Notes under the pieces: model-generated | Databases searched by the model: none | The model's input: the letters and a program-made list of their open reading frames with translations, nothing else | Told to the model about the DNA's origin: nothing | Part shown: positions 36,315 to 50,977 of the stretch, in pieces | Layout of the letters: each line of letters starts with the position of its first letter | How positions within the stretch are numbered: position 1 is the first letter of the stretch | NCBI RefSeq assembly: GCF_024521635.1 | Contig: NW_026250405.1 | Span: 496,001 to 560,000, forward strand | Source of the DNA: Tricharina praecox | Taxonomy: Eukaryota | Direction of reading: 5' to 3' | DNA length: 64,000 nucleotides | Position numbers and translations under genes: made by a program

Positions 36315-39300
36315 ATGTATGTATGTACACATACCTGCTCTCCAGCGGGCAGAACGCATGCATGCATACCGAGGCACAGGCACAGTGCCCAGACGCACCG
36401 AGATGACCTCGACAGATGGTTACATACCGTACGAAGTCACATAGTTATCGAGCACTGCTCGGCTTCCTCCTTCTTTCGCTCGCTCGCTCGCTCCATCTTT
36501 CCGTCTTTGACGAGACGAGAATGACGATGACGGTGGTGATGAAGATGATGAGGTGTGTGCTGTGTTGCTGCTGCTGCTGCGCATGCAGGATCGCTCAAGA
36601 TAGTTACATCAGCACGCTGCACTCACTACTAGTTACTCTACTCTAGATAATAGCTATCAGCAACTATGTTCACGCTAGTAGTTATCATAGCCGATTCTGT
36701 GGCTGTGAGCACAAGCAAAAGCACAACGCTAGCTACTCGAGTAGAGCATGTGGGCGGAAGCAGCTTTGCAGCAAAGCCGCAGCACCGCCTCGAGCCAGCC
36801 ACTGGTTGGTTGGCTAGCGAAGGAGCGAGACGGGGGCACTGGGGCACTGGGGCTGCAAGCACGAGCCACGGCCAGCACACGCATGGTCGAGTAAGTCCGC
36901 TGACTGCTCACTCACTGCTCAGGTCAGATGGAGAGGAGAGTAGAGTACCATATGCATACCTAGCTAGAGCAGAGCAGAAGTACAGAGCAGAGCAGCGCAT
37001 CTAACCTCTACCCGTCGTGGGGACAAGATGCGAGTGCTGCGATCGACCACAAGTACCTACCGTACATACATCACACCGCCGAAGACCTTGGACGAAGAAA
37101 AGGGAATGCAAGAAAGAAGAAACCCCAAAATCCTTCGCTCGCTCGCTGGTGCGTTCAAGGCTCCCAGGCAGACACGGAGCCGGTGCAGGTGTGGACGGTA
37201 TGTATGGAGATGGTATGGATATGGTATGGAGATGGCATGGTGATGGTATGGAGATGGTGTATACGGTACTATTACGGTAGATACTATTACGATGCAAACC
37301 CACGGCAATGCACCATGAACCCGAACGCATCCGCACACCGCACGGCGCACACTGCGCACCCGCACCCCCAAACCGCGCACCCCAAACCGCGCGCACCATA
37401 TCTACCCCCGTTTCTCCGTCTCCATCCCTAGGTATTACCGGTAGATATACATATCCTTTCCACAATCTGCATATTTAGCGAATCATACTGTTTGAACCTT
37501 GGGGATGGCAGTGAGCAGTGATGGGAGGGGATATCGGCGAAGTCCCACGGATCAACAATAAACAACCGTGGGACCGCAATTTTCCGCGGGTTCATGGGAG
37601 GAACCTGTCCGCAGTCCCGTTCGTTCGTGACCCCATCTAATTTCATACTCCACATACCCAGCCCGATTGTTTGATCCTGCGGACCTGCGGGCTGTTCACT
37701 GGTTTGCCTATTCAAAATTCCAAATCGGAGAAAATGGAACACGGGTTGCACAGATTAATGACAGTTGACCAGTGACCACCACTCAACTTGGACCTGGACA
37801 ACTTCCCTGCTCGCATGGAAATAGGCAGCCACGGCAGTGACTGCAGTGAAGTTCTCATTCCTGTAGAGAACACTGCGTCTCTGGATTGGATCAACCATAT
37901 GTACCGGTATCATACCCAGGAATCTTCAACAAGCGAACCGTCTACATACGACTCACTCGTCTCACAGACTCCAGACACCGCAGAGCATGTATTTCGCCCG
38001 TCAGATCCTATCCAAGCCATAGTTACATATCATGCCCTTTTCACCCGCGCGCGTTCCGAACAAAGCATGGTTGGGGTTTGGGTTGGCGTGCGCAGTGAGA
38101 AGTTTGTTTTGAACTCACCCCTGGGCCTGCTTTGACGGATCTCCTCCCGGAAACATGGCGTTCAATGTTCCCAACAACAACTGGCTCTTAGTACTCTACA
38201 TACTGGCCACTGGTAAATGGTTAGTGGCACCGCTGGTAACTGCGGCAAGCAAGCAAAAGATGGCGGTGAAGGGGAAGGGGAAGCCCAAGGGGAAAGAAAA
38301 GGGTCAAGAACTCAGAAGCAGGGGAAAGGAGTTGGCAAACAGGCAGGCAGGTAGGCAGGCAGGCTCGCGGGTTCATTCATCTCCTTGAAGCGCTCACTCA
38401 TGTCAACAAATATAAAAAAGCAAATAACAAAGTGAACGGAGCCAGGATACTCACTCACTCTATGTAGAGTAGATACCGTACCCTTTCCCGTGTGTGTGTG
38501 TGCTTACTCGCCCCGCCACCACAAAAACATACCGTAGGTAGATACCGGTATGTATACGGTATTCCTGCCTGGGGCGGCGGGCGCGAGGCGTTGGACCGGG
38601 GGACGAGGGACGGAACGCGGCCATACATAACTATTCTCTTGACACCTCTGCTTCAATCAGACGCCCCACCTTCTGTTGCAGCGGTGCATATATCTTCGCC
38701 GGTGGGAAGTTCCACTGTACCACGGTAACACTCCTCCACCACCACCACCGCCTCCTCCACCCCCCTCCAGTTACGTTGCCGCTATTCCTCAGCCAAGTGC
38801 AAAGAAGCAAAACCAAAAACCTGCGCACCACTGCAACACCGCACCACCGCGCCCCAGGAACGTGGGAGTCGCTGCTATAAAGTGGTTACTCGCTTCATCG
38901 ACCAATCATCTGGAGCCCAGGGACGCCAGTCACGCCACTGGAAATGCCGCATCTTCTCCCCAGCAGCAGCAGCAGCAGCAGCAGCAAGGAAGAGAACTGG
39001 GAGTGGGGGAAAAGTAAACATTACTACATGGTAGTATTTACCGCGACCCATAGGTAATAATTAGACTACATATCTGCTAGTATTGTCAGCGAAGTCGACT
39101 CACTCGATGCAGCCAGCAAGCAAGTAGGGTTGGCCCCGGGAGTCCGGTGCTGTCTCTGAGAGATCGAGGAGATCTTCCGCCCCGTCGTCGTCGTCGTCGT
39201 CGTTGTCGCCGCCGCCGCCGCGGACGCGAAAGATAGGGTGTGTTGAGGGTACATACCTACCGTACTCTACTCTGGAGTCTGGAGCACTCGAAATTCGTGT

Positions 39301-40336
39301 TTGGCAGGTAACCTGACAGAGTGCTCGGAGTCTGGAGCCTAGAGTAGGTACCGTATGTAGCCATGTACTCTGCCCACTACAGCCCGACGGGGCAGAAGGG
39401 TGGTGGTGTATGCATGGCAGAATACGTACCTATCGTACTCTTCCCTACTGTGTGTGGAAGAGTTTCAACACTGTCAAGAGACGTTTCTACATACATTTGT
39501 ACTTGGCTTCTTCACGAATGCTCCCACAACCGACCCAACCGACCCACTTCGCCCGTGGCCCATGTCCTTGCGATGTCATTGACAATATATCTGGGTATAT
39601 ACGAGTTGGTAGGTACTCTGGAGTACATATGTGTCCAGAGGAGTCTCGGCCGGTTCGCGGTTCGTCACCGTCCAGGCCAAGCATGGTTATACATAGTAGT
39701 ATCATACCAACCACTCGATGAAGCCAGTGCAGGCTACGATGGAGTACATACATACATCTGGCGATGTATAGACACATATGTAGCTGCACCCCGCTCACCA
39801 ACCTCAGGGGCCCCCCGTGCATCACATACGGCGATCTTTCCGATGACGGCAGCGACGTAATAAATGCCCATTCCATTGCCCACGAATCTGAAGACTTCAC
39901 ACGCGGGGCGGGCAGGCAGGTCATATGTATGATGTGTATGATATGTATGTGGGTAAATCTTATCCGCACCCGACGCCCCCTTGAGCCCATCGCATATACC
40001 GGTACCGTTACCGTTCCGCTAGGCGGCATAGCTATGCGTCGAGTCTTCGAGTCTTCGACGCCGCTTTTGTCTTCCCACCCATCCCCTCCCCCCCGGTTGG
40101 GTTCATCTAGATATCTAGATACATAGGTACCTTAGGCAGCGGTTTTGGTTTTGGTTTTGTGCGGCGGCTCTTGAGTCTTGCATGGTGGCCTGGCCTGATA
40201 TGCGTGTGGCCCGTGGAGAGGAGGGACCGTGTGGGAGGGACCGTGGGGAATTTCGTGATTCGCCCGACTCGACTGACTGCACTGACTCGACTGACTGACT
40301 GGAATGCAGTCGATCGGTTGTACAACTCTTTGGTGG

Positions 40337-40378
40337 CGAGCATGAGCATGAGCATGAGCATGAGCATGAGCATGAGCA
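40337..40378. repeat. Microsatellite (GAGCAT)n
   Basis: Direct reading. Confidence 0.9.
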
Positions 40379-42853
40379 GGAGCAGGAGGAGCCCGACAAG
40401 GAAGAAGGCTACTCTGTGATAGGAAGCATATCAGGACAATCCCAAAGTCTAGAATCCGGAGGGGTAGTGTAGGCGGCGGCGGGGGCGGCGGTGGACACTG
40501 GAGACACCATGCGTGTTCGCGAAGGCATGTGGGCACTGCGCGAACAGGAGTCAGGACGGTTATCTCCCGCAGGCCCGTCGCTTTTGTCCACACTACTAGG
40601 CAGTGACTACCTACTCTGTTTCCAGAGTCAATTGCATGCGCATTGAGGCGCTCTTTGTATACCTGCTCTGGATGGCAAAAGTGAAGTGCCTACGTTGCAT
40701 ACAGTGGTTTGTGGGCCCCCGAGGGAACCCCCCGCACAGCAGCCTGTGGGAGTCTAGGAGTTCCGGCGTGGGCACTGTTGCGTGGCTGGCAGGCAGACAG
40801 GACAGGTAGGCAGCAGGGTATGCAGTTCATCGCACGGCATTCCCCACCCATCGTTGTCTGCATACATTCGTACCCAAGGTTCTCATTATCGCAGGACTGT
40901 GTGTTGTTTCGGCACCCTCTCACTCGTGGGGGGAGGATATCGATGCATCATCATAATATCCACTGCAAGTCTGTAACCGTCAACATCGTTATACCCTCCT
41001 AGTACGCACTTATTCATGTACGGACGCCTTCACTGTCGAAACGGATGATGTTTTGAGTTTTGACACGAACATGGGCCGGCTACGACGTCCACATCCAGAA
41101 CTTGCCTTCCTAGAAGAAACCGGCGACCCAGGACTGCCCATCGATTCGATGAGACGAGTCGGTATTATTTTCCCGTTGATTGTGCGTGGCAGCCTGGCGG
41201 CCCGGCGGCCTGGATTGCGATAACTTGGTGTGTATGGTATGGTAGGTATGATAGGTACTTATCATCTGGATGATGACGATGACGATGCATAGGCTTTGGG
41301 CTTTGGTTGGTTCGAATAGAGGCGAGTAGAGTAGAGGGAAGCGGCATAAACACCATTGCTGTCGACCGACCTGCATATGATACATTGATACATTGATACT
41401 ACGAATACTACCAATACCTCTATGTATACTGTTATGTATGTGGTGTACATACACAAGGCCGGTGCATTCCACAGAAGCAATTCAATCTCGATACTCTGCA
41501 GCAGCAGCAACAGTAACAACCGCTCTGGCTCTATGATTCGCCCGCGGTCATCTACATACCTCCATACTCTACATACCTGCCAGCAGGAAGGAAGCCAATC
41601 CGAAGCCCTGGAAGTCATCGGACGAAGGAAGGGCGAGCAACTAAGTGCATACATACGGTCGCGGCCGCGGCACAACCCGGCACCCACCCACCAAATACGA
41701 AATCGAATCTAACCCAACCCAACCCCACTCCCTTCCAGATTAGGATGACAGCTATCTTCGAGTGGGATTGCAAACCCAAAACGACCCCGACGTATGAAGG
41801 AAGGAACCAGTATGTACGCGGAGTCGAATACCGTGGGTGTGTGTCAATTACCCAGTCAGTCAGTCAGTCAGCATCTGGAGGGTGTGTGTCGATTAGTCAA
41901 TCAGTCAGCATTTGGGGGGTGGGACGGGGTGGCCACTGGTGAGGTGAGGCGAGGTGAAGGAGGGAGTGAGGGAGGGAGTGAGGAAGTGAGTGAGTTGGGG
42001 GCAGGTAGGTAAGCTTCTGCAGGCCATAAGGCTGAGACCTGCGGCCTGCGACCGCCTGTTGTGCAATGCATACCATACACACATACGTTGCTGTGTATGC
42101 TATGCTAGTTTTTCCCCCTCACCTGTAGTCGAATCAGCCGGCGGCGGTATGTATGATATCTACCTGTTCACGCACTGCCGACCGACACGGACGCCGTCTG
42201 ATTGGCCCCGCGGAAGCAGCAGTCAGGTCGCACGATGTGAGTGATGCTGAGCCCCACCCCCTTCCCTGGCACACCAACGCCGACGCGGGCTTCGATAAAC
42301 ATTTCCAGAAGGCTTGATACATGTGATCGACCGCATCGTCGGGTCGTTTTCCACCCTACGGACCCACTGGCCCCACTGGCCCCACTGGCCCCACTGGTCA
42401 GTGCCCGTGCCCTTCCTAGGAAACTGGGAAAACCCCGCCGTGTATCGCCGTTGTTTCGAAAATTCTTGGGACCTACTGTGATCGAGATCGTTGTTGTGGA
42501 ATAAAAAATATCCGCAGCGCCGGCTGTGCTAGAGTATACACAAGTACCCGTTTGTCCCAGCTGGGTATGTGGATACGGTATGTACTCTAGATACTCTACT
42601 CGACATGTCGGAGGGATTAATTGTTCGATTCGAACGGGCGAACTTACTTTGCGCTTTGGAAACCGACCAGCTAATGCAGACGTCATGGGCTGGGGCGGGG
42701 GGTTGAACGGCCCGGCTAAGGCTGCGCAGCAATCGAACGAACAAACGAAACACACCGTCTCTTCTTTCCTCCTCTGGGTGAAGCAAGTTACAGCTTAACC
42801 GTTTACGTCTCTCCGAGTCGCCATTGCCCAAAAAAGAACAATCGTACAGCGCG

Positions 42854-42888
<35 letters not shown>
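42854..42888. repeat. Poly-C/poly-G homopolymer of about 35 nt
   Basis: Direct reading. Confidence 0.95.
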
Positions 42889-44779
42889 ATCGGACGAGCC
42901 GAATCTCGCTCGCTCGCTCGCTCTTTTGGTGGGTGGTGGTGTTGCGATGTTGTCGTCGCAATTATTCCCCAAAGATCCTTGACCAGCTGAACCCCCCGGC
43001 CCCATCCAGCAAACTAGACCCCACGCCGCGATGGGCCCAAGCCAGGCTCGGTAAGATTAAGTTGGGTGGAGCGCTATGGCTACATACGTGAGCTAACTTA
43101 TGCATGTCAGAGGAAGAAGAAAATTTAAGGTGTTTCCCTATGGGCCAAGCACGGATGCACGGATGCATGTGCGATCGTATGGGGCAGTGCTTTGCGCCCC
43201 CCCTCCCCGTAGCGGCTTACGTTGAGTCTCTGACTCGCAGTCTGCAGAACATACGTGCGACCACCTCGGCCACAGTCGAATGGGAGGATTGGAGATGATA
43301 GGTAAGCCGGCGCGGATGGCGACGATTGGTGGGGTAGATGGATCCTCTCGCTCTGTATGTACTCAGAACGATCTCAGCGTCGATAGGTAAGTCAGTACTT
43401 TATCGCAGGTCTGAGGAGTGTGTGTTGAATCAAGTGATCTATATACTCCAGTCGTGTCCTGTGTGTATACTAGTAATGTAGGACCTATCGTAGAGTAGCA
43501 GTCAGATCAGATCAGACGATCCAAGGCTTCTCTACACATCGGCTAAGAACCGCCAAGAATGTAGAGGTACCGCGCTTGGTCTCGCGCTGGCGGGCAGGCA
43601 ATGACAGGCATGCTTTGCCAACCGATGGCTACATACAATCCCGAGTGCCTATGTTACTACCGGTATATCCATACTCCGGTGTGCTACATACGGCATGTAA
43701 GCACGTGCGTCCGCGGGCTGGAAGGCTGAAGCAAGCAGAGTACCGGTATCGGCGCCGGCGGAAATCCTCAACGGTGTCGCACTGTCGCTGGAGGCATCCG
43801 TTTCTTCGTGCAAGAACCCAAGTGGAGTATGATACCTATGGTTGGCAGGAGGATTATGATTCATCCGAGTTGAGCGTGCCAGAGCTCTGAGCAACAGCCG
43901 ATTGGCGCAGGGCCTGTAACTAGGCCGCAGCACGATGGTACTCTACTCTACGAACGAACGAACGAACGCCGGGGTACGATACTCTAGCCTACATACCCGC
44001 CTATCAAACCTACCCACAAACATACTGATGCAACCCAACTACATGCCTAGGTATCATACGCTAGATACTTGTGCAGCATGGCATAAATACAATCCGTACG
44101 ATACGAGGGGTAAACGAGGCTTGCCACACCCCACCAGCAGCCGTCGTGTCTTAAAAGTTACCGCGCCTTCGTGACACACACATACGCCTGGACACACGCG
44201 CCAGTGGCAAGAAGAGGCGGCGGCGGGTGCAGGCTATGTACCGTACCTACTAGTCACCACTACTGCCGTTCCGCGCTCATCTCCTGCATCATTGACTCGT
44301 CGGAAGTCCCGCCACGATGATTTTGATTCCACGCCGGCATGACCCGTGGGTTTCAGGCTGCATTTTAGCGAGGAGTAGGCAGTCATAGGTACTGGCACTG
44401 GCATGAGATGGCTGAGGAGTCCAGGACTCTGGTTTGGTTTGGTTACAGACTTGCAGACTTGCAGAATTGCAGTTCATCTCTCACCGCCAGGAGGTTTTGT
44501 TACTTGTATGTCAGTAGACATATATGTAGCATGTCGACGTCAACTTCCCGTGCACGTACGCCCGCACGCATGCACGCTGGCTGATGAGTCGAAGAGTGGG
44601 GCGGAGGATCCGACATCGCAATGCGCATTGCATGCCTGCAGCGCCCGAGGATCTGGAACGTCGGAATGTTGTTGCTGCTGCTGTCGTTGTCGACGTTGTC
44701 TCGATCATGAGTGCAAAACATCTCTAAAGCATCTATCTGCATCTGCCATCGTGGCCGAATGGTGCGGCGGGGAGGCTAG

Positions 44780-44829
44780 GCAACCACACAACCACGCAAC
44801 CACGCAACCACGCAACCACGCAACCACGC
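44780..44829. repeat. Octamer tandem repeat (GCAACCAC)x~6
   Basis: Direct reading. Confidence 0.9.
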
Positions 44830-47800
44830 ACGGCAAATCGTGGCGGGAGGTCGGTTGATCGGTCAGCGTGTGCGCCGGAGCAGGAGTAGGAGGCGGTGGA
44901 GGAAAAGGAAGGAAGATCACCCAACCATTTCACAACGTTTGAACTTTGGGTAGGGCGCTATAAACGTACTCTTACGGTACATCCGTGACGATGGTTCTAC
45001 AAGCCCTACCAGCCCGGTTTGCAGCTGGTCGGCTGGCCAACGGACAGAAATACAGATAGACAACGAGGTCACTGGAGATTCAAGAACTGCCAGCTAGGTG
45101 ATCTGATTTGCTGTGCTCGAATATTCGTTTGTGAGCGGGGGCCGGGGGTAAGACGTCGACGATGGACCAGCACTTCTAATGTCTGCCGCCAAACACAGTG
45201 ATCTGCGGCAGTCATACTCCTCTTTCTCCCCCTGCTGCTGCTGCAGGCCATGAGTGTGTCGAGTGTCTCCCCTCATCGACGGCTGCATTACAAAGAATGA
45301 AGGCTGTCAATCTTCAGTGTGTATGCCTAGTACGCCCAGCCTAAATATGCATCATAGTTACTACGGCACGCACACATTTCGTGTCTCGACTCTCCAGACG
45401 AAGCCGGCCCGCGATCATGGGGACTCCCGCCATCATCATCGCCAGCTGCTGCTGCTGCATCATAAGCATCATACGCATTACCTCATCATAAGCATCTTGT
45501 TTCCCTAGGCGGTATAGCGCATTAGTAGCCAGAGAGCAGAAGACTGAAGTTCTAAAGACAGATCCTCGTAAGCGGAAAAGCAGCCACCGACTCGCCTTTG
45601 GGCCTTTGGCTGCGTTGCTAAGTGCTACTTCTGGATCATAGATATATTCCATCTTTAGAATCATCGAAGAAGTCCATCCGACTGCGCGAGCGTTCCAATA
45701 TCACCTCGAGACTCAAGCTTTGAACCCAGTCATGTCTATGCCACTGCACCGGGCACGAAGGTGATGATGATAATGATGATGCACCCTGCTTAGCCATCCA
45801 TATCTTCTTTTTTCTTCTGTATTTCCTTCCTGCTCTTCCTTTTCTTTTTCCTCTTCTTCTCTTTTTCTTTTCTTTCCTGTCTGTTTGTTTGTTTATTTTC
45901 CACTGCAAGTGTGCACTGCACCGCACCGCGATTGCCCGCTCTGCGTGCTCTGCTGCGTGCTCTGCGCCTCGTCAGTGGATGGATGAATAAGAATAAATAA
46001 GAACGGCCCTACGAATGGCGGGGGCGTGTGAGCGTGTGAGCGTGTGTGGGTGGGTGGGTGGGTGGGTGGGTGTTACGCATGGTTTGCTCGTCGCCGGTTA
46101 GGGTCCAATAAAAATCCCTCTCTCTCTCTCTCTCAACGACCCAACGAGTCATCGGACGGACGGTAAACGGTAAATGGTCAACCCCGCCCGCCGGATTCAA
46201 TCAGGTCGAAAATAGAGTATACACCCAACCTTCATCTCCCGATGATGAGTCTGATATGAAGTGTATGAGAGGGTGTTGTGCCTGCTCTTATTGCGTGCCA
46301 TTCTCGAAACTGTTTCTTTTCTTCTTTCTTTCTTCTTTCTTTCATTTGAGATTCCGTGTTCTGCCGTTCACAGGTGGCCGTGCTGGTGGGTGCTGGTAGG
46401 TGCTGGTGTTGTAGGGAATTTCATCATCAAATCTTGCGCAGCCTTGTTATTTCACCGACATCCATCTGCCTTTCACTTCCTCGCTTCCTCGCTTCCTTGA
46501 TAGGTGGAGCGCGTGTGATAGGTGGACTACATACGAAGCTAGGTACAGGTACTTGGTATGCGGAGACGATCCTCACGACGGATAGGTATGTGTATGTAGG
46601 GTGGCAGATACATCTCTACATGCTTCCACTACTACTACAACTAGTGGCAACTCCTCCACATGATGTACCGCATCATGTGGGAGCCACCATCCATCCAGCC
46701 AGCCAGCCAGCCCACCAGCCTACTTTTCCGCAGCGGTCCCTCCCTGACCTGCCCCGCGAACTGATTGGGCAGTCCCTAAGCCACAAAGCCGCAAAGGGGG
46801 GAAGCTCGGTCTCGATGAGAGAGTATCATACGATAAACTTTGGGCGGGTGGCAAATCTAACCACTCCAACCACTCTACTTACTGCGCGCGTTCGCAAAGG
46901 AGAAGGTGCGTGGGTGTCCTTGTGAGCACGTTTTCGTGTTTGCTTTTTCCTTGGAGAAGCTACTTTGTAAGAGTATGTAAGAGTACTACATACGGTATCT
47001 AACTATACCGTAGTCCGCAGTTCCCAGCGAGCGAGCGAGCGCCGAGCAAGCAAGCGATATCGGTTGAAAGTAGAGTAGGTACTCTACTTTAGAGTAGAGG
47101 CGTGCGCAGAAGGCTCCCACCCCCAGGACTCGCCACACTGACGAATAGCGACGAGGAAGCCGCGCAAGGCTTCGCGGGTCGGCTTGATTGGCAATCTATC
47201 GAGAAACCTGGCTCCGTTGTCGTCACGGTTGCCGGCGAACGTTGACGCAGGAGGGAGGGTCCTGCGACTCTGCGAGGACATCCGGCCTTCCAGATCTCGA
47301 CGCCACGGCCTACGGGACCCGCATTCAGGCCGGCGGCGCGGGGGGAAGGGGAGGGTATCGCAGTCTAGGTATCCAACGACGATGTTTAACAGCGCCTGTT
47401 ATACCTATATCCAAGGACTTACTCCCGCAACCTTGTCTCGACTCTGGGGATTCCTTGAGCCGGGTTGTGGGGAGAGAGTGGGCCACGGAGTTGCTGGCAG
47501 CGAGTGGCGGGGGTGGGCCGTGGCCATGGGTAAAGATAGGCTTCATGCAAGACGCGCCCGCGCAGAGGCATACTGGGAGAGAGTCTGGGACAGCACTGGT
47601 ATGTAGTTGTGTACGAGTACATCCTGTAACAAAGGATCCTTTCAGTTAGACACCGACGACGGCTGACGATCATGCCTAGGGCTGCCTCCCCCCGCTCCCC
47701 CTTTGGTGGCGGCAAGTTCCCCTGCCTTTCTCTCTATCTCGCTTGTTTGCACGGCCGCGCGAGGCTTCGCATTCTCGAGAAATGGGAGGTGGAGGGGGGC

Positions 47801-49991
47801 GGGCCAGTGAAACCGGAAAATCGTCTCACAAAATCTCGCGAGGCATGGATGTGGGTGTAACTGGGCGGTGGGAGCCTGGGGGGCGATTGGACGACTTCGG
47901 CCGTCACACGCAGATGTTACACCGCAACCCAGCGCTGCCATTGGAACGAGCCGGGAACGAGAAAATAGTATCCCGCATCGGGATAGACAGCAGTTCGACA
48001 GCGTCCCGATCAAGCAGCTGCATGCTTGGTCGGCGAATCGCCGCCGTGGACGCTGCAGACCCTCCAGCGAATCTAACCCCAACACGCGGGGCGGGTGGGC
48101 GGGGGGTTCTTCCTTTGACATCGGGACGGGTTGGTCTAGAGTAGAGTAAGTAGAGTGTGTAGAGTGGAGGAGGAGGAGGAGTTTTCGAGGTGTTCGAGGT
48201 GTTCGAGGTATTCGAGGTGCTCCAGCCAGGAGACACAGGAAGTGAGGATCGCAGCCGATGAGAGCGTGGGGACACGAATGACGCTGCGGGGCGACAGGGC
48301 GGGATCTGAGGGGGGGCCCAATGGCTAGTTGCCGCTGCGTTGGAGTCGTCCGGGTACGTACGGTGACTCCCGGGGGGAGGGGGGAGGGTTTGGAGGATGT
48401 CTGGAAACAGAGCAAGCAGCAAGTAGGCAAAGGGGCTCGCGCGGATCGCAAATCGGTGTGTCACGCCTGGTGCGGGCGGGAGCCTTCTCGATCATCAATT
48501 GCTTACTCCGGGGGGATGGGGGGGATCTGGGGCGGTGAGCGACAGATGTCCGTGTCGAGGTGCGGATTTCTATGTACTCGACACCGTGCCCGGCAAGCGA
48601 AGTGCAGCATTTCAATCGCCGCAACCAAATGGCCTCGGTCGGGTGCGCGATGGGGTTCCAGGAATCCATGGAACGAACTTCGATTCTTCGAAGTGTATAG
48701 TACCGTAGGCCGTGCCTGGCGACTAATCGACGCGGAGTAATATCGATCACGGCGGAGTCTATTTTCGTGGGGTTGGAAATTTTGATGGGGGGGTCTGCGG
48801 TACTGGGCAGGGCTGTGGCTGTGGCTGCTGCGGAGCCGAGGGGCTGTGGACTGCCGGCGCCGTTTGGTGTGTGGTGTTTCGTGGCTTGTCGTGGCTTGTG
48901 GTGGCGGTGAGCTCCGATGCGCCGATGCGCTGCCGACGGGAACCGAACAGAATCCTCCACAATGACAATTCGCTCGTCCTCGCTCCTCGCGCCCCGCCCC
49001 CTCACTGCCTCCACCTTCCCGTTCTCCGAGGCCATCTGTAACGCGGATGACATTCGACAGCGCGAGCGCGCGGGAAGCCGTATGAAGGGTCACGGACATG
49101 CCTTCTTTTTTCTTTTCGACGGCGCGAACGAAACGGAAACAGTCAGAGCAAGCAACTGAGTACACTCATACACACCTCCATACTCGGGCACTGTGTATAC
49201 GGGTAAGGCGTATGAGTGTGCACGCACGGTGGTAACTAGGAGATATATGCTGGCATCTAGTAGTGTATGCGGTGTAGGTATAGTACAGTACTCTAATCGT
49301 GCTGAGCCAACGCGGTCATTTCGTCCGTCCCTTCTCCTCGCCCCCGCTGTCGTGTCAGCCCTGCCACAGAACTACATTTGTGTAAGTATATGCACTCAGC
49401 GGATACCCGATGTCTGCCACTGCCAACAGACTTACGCCTGATGCTTGTTCTCACCACCATCATCACGTCTCTTTTCGCCAGGGTCCAGTGCTCGGGCCGG
49501 CAGGGGAAAAATCGACAACAGAATGGCCCCCTCCCCTCTCTCAATCCCTCCCTCCTCCTACTCCTTTCCCGTTCCCCCCTGTGGTCCCGCCCGTTCTGTC
49601 CGGCCTCTTCGAATCGATCCTTTCGCGGGCCACTTCGACGGTATCTCCTTTACATACATGCCAGCATAACATCTCGCAGTCTCGCAGTGGATGGCCCGGT
49701 TGATGTCATGCATCGGCTGTCCAATCGCCCCGTGGCTTTGGGTGCTAACCCATCCCAGAAACCGCAGGCACACACCCATTCGCACCCACACCTCACCTTC
49801 TGCTTGTGTGGCCCGCCCGCCTATATCCCGCCTAAACACTGAACATGGCTAAGGGGATGCTGGTCTCGACCGCTTTCGGGGTCGCAGCACGCCAGGATCT
49901 TCATGGCCACCACATCCTGCCACCCCCCCATCCCTCACAAGCGCAGGGCAGAGCACATCCCGGCAGGCAACCATGTCCGAGACAAGACGGA

Positions 49992-50110
49992 GTGGTGGTG
50001 GTGGTGGTGGTGGTGAAATGTGGTGGTGGTAAATATGGTGGTGGTGGTGGTGGTGGTGGTGGTGGTGGTGGTGGTGAAATGTGGTGGTGGTGAATATGGT
50101 GGTGGTGGTG
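49992..50110. repeat. Compound (GGT)n microsatellite with duplicated interruptions
   Basis: GGT runs interrupted twice by GAAATGT and RAATAT, a higher-order duplication. Confidence 0.9.
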
Positions 50111-50688
50111 CCAGACAGTCCAATCTATCTATCCAACTCGCTATTTTTCCAGTGTCACAAGAACTTTGCACACTGCTCAACATTATATACAATCTCTACT
50201 ATACTTGTCGTTCTGCCTACGCTTCTCGAATTCCCGCGCCATCCCCCCCCTCCCTCCCAATCGCTGTTCCACTACTGCTCTACTCTACCCTACATAAACT
50301 TCTTCTCCCCACACCCCGATCCCTCGCCGTGCTCCCAACAGATATAGAAAGCAGTAGCCCCGTCCATCTGACTCGGTATAAGTCCGCCTTCATCCCTCAC
50401 CCACCCCCCCAGCCAGCCCTACGATCCAGATCAATACCACCCTCGCTGTCGGGTTTGATCTCACTTGCGTCCCACCCCGTCCCTTAGCAGGCACACTCAG
50501 AGGCAGACTGCGGCGACCCCATCCACACTGAGCGCCCTCACCGCAACACTGGACTCTACGAATATTCAAGCCCCTACATCTCTTATATCTGCTTCGATAA
50601 CTCTTATTGTTCTTGCCACTGCTGTTTCACCAGAGCCCCCGATAGCGTCATTGCCAGTAGCCACTATTCGACAGTGTACGAACCTAAG

Positions 50689-50867
50689 GTTAGTGCTTCC
50701 CTCGCTATGTTTATCCCCTCCGTAGGCCGTAGCGTCCTGTCATAAATATTCCCAATGCACCAGCCAGTTAGAGCCGTAAACTCCTGTCCTTGTTTTTGAC
50801 GTCAAGCGGGAGTGCTTGTATTGCCGTTCTCGAGGGAAACCCGGAACCTAGGCTAATGGTGTGACAG
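50689..50867 (+). other. Probable 5'-UTR intron of the C2H2 transcription factor gene
   Basis: AAG|GTTAGT donor, GCTAAT branch, ACAG acceptor about 110 nt before the ATG at 50978. Confidence 0.55.
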
Positions 50868-50977
50868 TCTGCTGCCGAAACACAAGCTATCCATCTCAGC
50901 TGGCTCTCATCCTGGAAATTTGGTTGGAGTAACCGGATTCGTCGGAGCGGCCTCTCGACCGCAATATCAATAACAAC

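Noticed and set aside
36261..44829. Short tandem repeats as CRISPR-like or telomeric arrays
   Set aside because: No unique spacers, eukaryotic context and no TTAGGG arrays; ordinary micro/minisatellites.
35400..50500. Numerous 100-270 aa ORFs in the gene-free interval
   Set aside because: Low-complexity, microsatellite-driven translations without recognisable domains or consistent splice structure.
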